Notes under the pieces: model-generated
Databases searched by the model: none
The model's input: the letters and a program-made list of their open reading frames with translations, nothing else
Told to the model about the DNA's origin: nothing
Shown here: piece after piece, positions 58,180 to 64,000 of the stretch
Position numbering within the stretch: the first letter of the stretch is position 1
Layout of the letters: every line of letters begins with the position of its first letter
Made by a program: the position numbers and the translations under genes
Source of the DNA: Hyaloraphidium curvatum SAG 235-1
Taxonomy: Eukaryota > Fungi > Monoblepharomycota
Assembly (NCBI GenBank): GCA_025558095.1
Contig: JAIVFI010000003.1
Span: 310,001 to 374,000, forward strand
DNA: 64,000 bases
Direction of reading: 5' to 3'

Positions 58180-58418
58180 ATGAGCGGCCGGCAGGGCGGG
58201 TTCCCACCCAACATGCAGCAGGGCCAGGGCGGATTCCCCGAGGGCATGAAGCAAGGAGCCGAAGCGTTCCCCGAGGGCATGAAGCAGGGCCAGGGATCCA
58301 AGGACCGTGTCTGTGGGTCCCCTCACTCCGCCGCCGAGCACGACAGCGGGCCGCGCTGACCGGCCCGTCCGTGCGGACAGCCAACCAGCCCGGGGGCGGC
58401 GGGCCGCACCATGCGTAG
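58180..58418 (+). CDS. 54-aa microprotein with four 11-aa repeats (intron 58307-58380)
   Basis: Reads MSGRQGGFPPN-MQQGQGGFPEG-MKQGAEAFPEG-MKQGQGSKD|PN-QPGGGGPHHA*. The 33-nt repeats vary synonymously in this frame; an intron-like segment (58117-58179) ends right at the ATG. Confidence 0.65.
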
Positions 58419-58712
58419 GGCTGTTTGGGGGAAAGATGCGGAGGGCGGCACGGGGCGGTGTGTTGCTTTTCGGTCGGGCAATGTCGGAGAAGGACGGACC
58501 TCGTTCGAGCTTCGAGGGTTCCGTGCCCCCCGCGGACCCGGGGAACGCCGCCCGACCCGGTTTTCGGGCACCGGTGCGCTCATTACCGTCGAATCAATCG
58601 ACGTGGAGGCTATTTTGCGGGATTTGGCCTGCCGGGCTGCAGCGCCTGCGAGCCGCCACTGGCCCAGCGTTCCTCCTGGGACCCGTGTGCGCCACGGCGA
58701 GTCAACCAACTT

Positions 58713-58736
58713 ATCAATCAATCAATCGATCGATCG
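58713..58736. repeat. Compound microsatellite (ATCA)3(ATCG)3
   Basis: ATCAATCAATCAATCGATCGATCG. Confidence 0.8.
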
Positions 58737-59129
58737 TTGTTGCCGGTGACCCGTGCCCCCGCTACAGTAGCTGGGGAGCATCCAGGGGCAGGACGAGCCG
58801 CCGAGGCCGCACAATGCTTGATTGTGGGGTGTAGTGCCGTGCTTGTGATGAATGCGTCGAGTCGAGGGGTTCCGAGCTACCCGGCAACGCCGTGGGGATC
58901 CGAGGGTGCGTGGATGCGGGTGCGTGTGCTGGCCTTTCCGCAGGGGAGGGCGTGCCCGGGCGTGGGGAGGAAGGAAGCGCATGCGCGGGGGAAAGGTAAG
59001 GCCGGTTCACCCTAAGACTTTTGCCTAGTGCGTTGGCGGCTTGCGGGGCCGACGCTTGAAGCTTTTTGATCACCTCCACCGCCCGCCCCAAGAACTGGAA
59101 ACCTGCTTGCGCGGCCGGCTATCGCCCCG

Positions 59130-62100
59130 ATGGCGGTGCGGTTGACGAGCGACGGCTTTGAGATTGCCGAGTGGCTGTCGCTGGACGACGGCAAGGCGGG
59201 AGCGGGGGTGCTGGACCGCACCCCGACCGAGCCGACTCTCGAGAGAGCCCAGACACTTGTGGACTTCCCCCTGCGGGAGGGCGTGCCGGACGCCGCGTCG
59301 TCGCCCGAGACGCTGGCCGACGACGGGTCGCCGCCCAGCCGCCGGCTGTCGGACTCGGAGCTCTCGGCCGGCGAGTCGGTGCACTCCCGCGCGTTCGACG
59401 CCCCGCGCCCCGCCCCGCCCACGTGCGCCCCGCCGGCCGCCATCGAGCCGCGGACGCGCACGCCGCGGCCCGCGCGCCCCCTCACTCCCCTGGGCCCGCT
59501 CGCGCAGTCCCGCGACGAGGATGGCGTGGGCGGCCTCCCCGCGCTGCCCCCGCTCGCGCCCGACGCCGACCGCGAGGCCGCCCTGCTCGCGCTGCGCCGC
59601 ACGCTCGACGCCGCCCGCCGCGTCTCCCCGCCCGCCCACATCCGCGTGCTGGGCGTGCCGCTGCTCGGCGCAAAGTCGCGCGTCGAGACGCAGACAAAGA
59701 TCTGCCTGCAGCTCGTGCTGCCGCCCGGCGTGCCGCCTGCCTCGGAAGCATACAGGCATCTGCGCATCCCCGAGCACATGCTGGCCAGCCGCGACCGCGT
59801 GCGCAGGAGCAGGGCCGGCGAGGACGTCGGCGGCGAGGGCGTGCTGGACCTGGTCGCCGAGGTCGTGTGCGCCTCGGACCCCGCCAGGGCCGTCGGCGTG
59901 TGCAACACCTGCATGATGCGGGAGGTGCGTTGGCCGCTGCGACCCCGCATCGTGCACCGCATGACTCACGCCTCGTTCCCCGTGTTTTGCAGCGCAAGAG
60001 GTCGCGCAAGCGCTCGTCGCCGCATCCCGACGACCCCGCCTCGGACGACGACGGCGAGTCCCGCCGCATCCTCCTCTTCAACATCAACTCCCTCGTCGAC
60101 TTTTCCGGCGACGTCATCCTCCCTTCCCGCATCACCTGCTACTGCCGCCACCACGCCGAGCGCACGGGCTTCTGCCTCTACTTTAGCCTGCGCGACCACC
60201 TCGGCCGCACCGTCGCCACCGGCCTGTCCCCGCCCATCATGATCACCGACGACCACAAGTCGCTCGCCAAGGGCCGCGCGCGCAAGCGGCCGCGCGCGGA
60301 AGCGGACGACTTGCTCGACGACGAGGTGCAGGTCAAGCCCGAGCCGCCCGAGGACGCGTACGCGTTCGCCGGGTTCCCCGAGCCCGCGCCGTCGCCCGTC
60401 CCGACGCCGCCCCCCGCGGTGGAGAGGAGGAGGCCGGTGGTGCACGTGCTCCCGCAGGGCTTCCGCACCCTCGTCGACCCCGCCGCGTTCGACGGCGGGC
60501 GCGTGGGCGAGGCGGTGATTTCCAAAGTCGTCCCCGGCGAGGGGCCGCTGCACGGGGGGATCGACGTGACGGTGCTCGGCACAGGGTTCCACAGTGCGTC
60601 TCCGCGCGTGCGGGCGCTTGCTTCCTCGGTGCTGACGCTTCCCCCTCCCGCTCCAGACGGACTGACGGTGCTCTTCGGGTCCACGCCCGCCGCCGCCACG
60701 CAGTACTGGAACTCCAACACGCTCGTCGTCATCCTGCCGCCCGGCACGGCGCCGGGGCCGGTGGTGGTGTCGTTCAAGGAGCAGGGCGCACAGCAGGCCG
60801 CGCAGCCCGCGGACAGGCCGGTGCCCGTGTTCGTGTACAAGGACGGTGGGTTGCCCGGTGCCGCGCTGCACTCGTGTCGCAGAAGGCTGATTTGTTCCGC
60901 CCTCCCGTTGCAGACTCCGAGCGGGCGCTCATGGAGCTCGCGCTGCAGGTCGTCGGCCTGCGCCTTTCCGGCCGCATCGAGGACGCCCGCGACGTCGCCA
61001 TCCGCATCATCGGCGAGTCGGCCGGCGGCGGCGCGCAGCAGCCCCCGCCCGGCGCGCTGGACCTCGCGGGCCTCGCCCTCGGCCGCCGCGCCCTCTCGGG
61101 CGCCGACCTCGAGGACCTCCTCCTGCGCGTGCTCTCCGGCGCGCGGCACAAGGCCCGCTACCTCCTGACCGCCAGCCCGGCCGGCCTCTCGCTGCTGCAC
61201 CTCGCCGTGCTGGCCGACATGCCGCGCCTGTGCGGGTGGCTCTGCGGCGAGGCCGGGGTGATGCTCGCCGACGCGGCGTGCGACGCCGTGGGCGGGTGGA
61301 CGGCGCTCATGTACGCCGCGCACCTCGGCCGGGAGGGGTGCGCGAGGGTGCTGCTGGACGCCGGGGCGGACGCGTGGCTGTGCGACGAGGGGGGCAGGTC
61401 GGCGTGGGAGATGGCGGAGGATGCGGGGAGGGGGGGTATGCTGGGGTTGCTGGCGGACTACGGCGCCGGCGGGCAGAGCGAGTGGGAGTCCTCGGACGGG
61501 GGTTCGTCGGACGACGAGAGCGGGTCGATGGCGGACGAGAGCGGGTCCGACTGGGACGGGGACGCGTCGTCGGTCTGGGGCAGCGAGGCCGACGACGGGG
61601 CGCCCGTCGCCGCGACGCTCGTCTTGCCCATCATGGCGTCGGCGCCCGCGCCGCCCGAGGGGGTGGTCCCGGCGGTGCTCCCGATCCCGCTGGCGGCGGA
61701 CGCCGCGGGGGAGGCGCCGCAGGAGGCCGCGCAGCCCGAGCCGCCCGTGCAGGAGGAGGCCGAGGCGGTGCGGATGGAGGCGGTCGCGGGCGTCGCTGCC
61801 CCGCCGCGCGCGGCGGCGTGGTACGCCGGCTTGGCGTCGCTGGGCTCGGCGGTGCAGAGCGTGGACCTGGGCGAGTACGCGAGGCTGCCGTTCGCCAACA
61901 TCAAGAACCCCTTCCGGCACTTTGAGATGCCGGCATCGGTCAGGGGCGTGCTGAGGCGCGCGACGGCGCCCGCGGGCCCCGTCGAGGGCGACGAGGGCCA
62001 GGGCACCTCGGCGCCGCGGCCGATGGGCATGCGCGTGTTCAGCTGGGTCGGGCAGAGCTCCTCGCACAAGGCTGCGCCCGACACGGCGGTGGCTGCGGAA

Positions 62101-62509
62101 GCCAAGGCGGCGGCGGCGGAGCTGCGCGAGGCCGGCGAGTCGGGGGAGGCGTTCACGGCCGTGGTGACGGACGAGGCGGCGGCGGCCGCGCAGGGGCACG
62201 ACTACGGGTCGCTGCTGTGGTTCTGGCTCCCGATGGCAGTCCGTGGGTGTCGACTGGTGCGCGGATGCGTCGCACGCATTGCTGACTCGCCTCCCCGCGC
62301 ATCCAGTTCTGGCGTCGCTGGCCACGCTTCGCTACTTCAACTACACGGACGACATCGAGCGCGTCTTTGTGGGCTTCGTGAACCACTACCTGTTCCGCCT
62401 CGTCTCGGGCGGCGCCGGCGCGGTGCGCGTGCTGCACGCGCACGCGCTCGGCGAGGGTGCCCCCATGGACGCGCTGGTGCAGCCGGCCGTCGTCGCGGCG
62501 GTCGGGTAG
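59130..62509 (+). CDS. Spt23/Mga2-like membrane-tethered transcription factor (IPT/TIG + ankyrin + C-terminal TM)
   Basis: KSRVETQ, VCNTCMMRE, RITCYCRHHAE, PIMITDDHK, VVPGEGPLHGGIDVTVLG, LMELALQVVG, GWTALMYAA ankyrin and LLWFWLP TM. Confidence 0.93.
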
Positions 62510-62617
62510 CGGGAATGGGAGGCGGGGATGGTCGTGTGTATATACGCAGGCTGGGTTCATGCTTTTCGGCGGAGGATAGCTAGCTCGGGGCTTTCGGTGT
62601 AATCCTTTCTTTCAACG

Positions 62618-63493
62618 TCAGTTTGCGCCAGCGGACATTTCGCCTTGCTGTTTCCGCGCTGGAGCGGCCGACGCGAATGGGCGCCCGAGGTTCCGGGCGA
62701 TGAAGGCCGCCAGGTCCGGCGCGGCCTCCTCCACCGACACCATCCTCCTGCCAAGCTCGTCCCCCAGGATCTCCACCGCCAGCGGCAGAACCTTTCCTAC
62801 CGACACCGTCCCGTCCCTGGCGGCCAGCTCCGCGCTCCGAGCGCACTCTTTGGTCAGCGACGTGACCCCCTTGTCCGGCAGGCCGCAGGGCACGATGTGC
62901 CCGAACCACCCCAAATCCGTGTCGCAGTTGATTGCGAACCCGTGCGCCGTCACCCCGCGCTGCGCCTGCACCCCGATGGCGGCGATCTTTTCCTCGCCGA
63001 CCCAGACGCCGATGTTTTCCGTGGTGCCGGCCTCGACGCCGAACCGCGCGCAGATCTTTATCATGGCGCGCTCCAGCGCCCGCACGTACTCGCGCGTGGT
63101 GAGGCCATAGTCTTTGAGCTGCAGGATCGGGTAGCCGACCAGCTGGCCGGGGCCGTGGTACGTGACCTGCCCGCCGCGCTCGACCTCGAAGTAGTCCGCG
63201 CCCAGCGCGCGCAGGCGGGCGCCCTCTGTGGCGTCCTCGCCGCGGATCCGCCGGCCGCCGGTGTACACGTGCGGGTGCTCGAGCAGCAGCACGACGTCGC
63301 CGATCGGCGGCTGCGATCGGTCCTCTTCGGCCAGGCGGCGCGCGACCAGCGCGTTCTGCAGCGCCAGCGCCCGCGCGTACGGCACCGATCCGAGCACCGC
63401 GTACGGCAGCGCGGGCCGCGGCGGCGCAGATGACGTGGCCAGGCACGCTGCCGCGCGCCGCATTGGGCCGTACATCGGTTGGAGGGGAGGCAT
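62618..63493 (-). CDS. LIP2: Mitochondrial octanoyltransferase LipB/Lip2
   Basis: LLLEHPHVYTGGRR, RGGQVTYHGPGQLVGYPI, KIAAIG..HGFAIN and IVPCGL. Confidence 0.96.
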   Translation of the reverse strand: MPPLQPMYGPMRRAAACLATSSAPPRPALPYAVLGSVPYARALALQNALVARRLAEEDRSQPPIGDVVLLLEHPHVYTGGRRIRGEDATEGARLRALGADYFEVERGGQVTYHGPGQLVGYPILQLKDYGLTTREYVRALERAMIKICARFGVEAGTTENIGVWVGEEKIAAIGVQAQRGVTAHGFAINCDTDLGWFGHIVPCGLPDKGVTSLTKECARSAELAARDGTVSVGKVLPLAVEILGDELGRRMVSVEEAAPDLAAFIARNLGRPFASAAPARKQQGEMSAGAN

Positions 63494-63612
63494 CGCGGGG
63501 AAAAGGGGGGCAAGTTTGAAGCTTGGAGAGGCGCCTTCTGAGACCGGTCACGGAGCGCAAGAGCACCGTTATTCGGGGACGCGTTCAGAGAGGGAGAAGG
63601 AAGGCAGCCGTG

Positions 63613-64000
63613 ATGCTCGAGTACCTGATCCCGCTGCTGCGGGGCTACTCCGCAACGGTCGGCGTCACCACAATCATCGGCCTCGGCACCGCCGCCCTGG
63701 CCGCGCGCTTCCTGCCCGACTCGTGGCGGATTCAGGCCGCCAAAAAGGCCGAACTCGTCAAAGAGCTCGCGGCAGAAGGCCACCCCGAGGCCGGGAAGGA
63801 CTTTCTCGTGATGGAGAAACGGGAGTGGCGACGCGAGGTCCCCTACCTGCTGCGCAACGTCATCTTCCAGGTCGCCCTGTTCTCCTGGTTCGACAGCTTG
63901 CGGGCAAAGGGGATCGTCAGGCTGGCGAAAGGGCTGGTGGACAACTCGGTTCCAAAGACGGTCGCGCTGGTCGCAGGACAGTTTGCCGTGAGTCGGAGTG
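63613..64000 (+). CDS. N-terminal part of a membrane protein, possibly sterol desaturase/fatty-acid hydroxylase family (runs off window)
   Basis: Open frame MLEYLIPLL..GVTTIIGLGTAALAA..WRIQ..EWRREVPYLLRNVIFQVALF. The diagnostic His boxes are not within the window. Confidence 0.5.
   Translation, partial: MLEYLIPLLRGYSATVGVTTIIGLGTAALAARFLPDSWRIQAAKKAELVKELAAEGHPEAGKDFLVMEKREWRREVPYLLRNVIFQVALFSWFDSLRAKGIVRLAKGLVDNSVPKTVALVAGQFAVSRS

Noticed and set aside
56733-58418. 561-aa plus-strand ORF
   Set aside because: Off-frame overlap of the PRISE gene, intergenic DNA and the microprotein; not protein-like.
58713-58736. (ATCA)3(ATCG)3 repeat as a regulatory or telomeric element
   Set aside because: Short simple microsatellite with no further evidence of function.
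60178-62325. 715-aa minus-strand ORF (and similar ones at 33286-34881, 30247-31938, 39125-40735, 38245-39555)
   Set aside because: Shadow ORFs antisense to well-supported genes. High GC suppresses stop codons, and the translations are Arg/Ala/Gly-rich with no motifs.

Overview
Eukaryotic, GC-rich, very gene-dense genomic DNA with many short (~45-75 nt) GT-AG introns. Gene content (SPT23/MGA2-like, KGD4, DBP4, MCX1-type ClpX) points to a fungus, probably an early-diverging chytrid/monoblepharid-like lineage (inference). Bases 1-9.4 kb are a CpG-poor transposon nest: a decayed Ty3/Gypsy RT fragment, a decayed LINE, and an intact 5.6-kb Ty1/Copia element inserted into that LINE (identical 224-bp LTRs, CATCT target-site duplication). 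From 9.5 to 64 kb lie about 28 tightly packed genes. Housekeeping genes include DBP4, PHB2, a PPR protein, LPD1, RPL18, MLH1, a RING-PHD protein, KGD4, DTD1, ClpX, TIM9, a SNF2 ATPase, RPN12, NFX1/FAP1, a class II HDAC, SPT23/MGA2-like and LIP2. The most interesting accessory genes are: a 7-TM protein with insect gustatory-receptor/7TMIC-like topology; a bacterial-type AHL-lactonase-family enzyme carrying an intron; an HNH-like + ZZ-like zinc-finger protein; a ~1000-aa secreted knottin-repeat protein with a possible pore-forming helical hairpin; and a spliced 54-aa microprotein made of 11-aa repeats that the ORF track misses. Spans for spliced genes run from first to last codon and were read by eye; no database searches were run.
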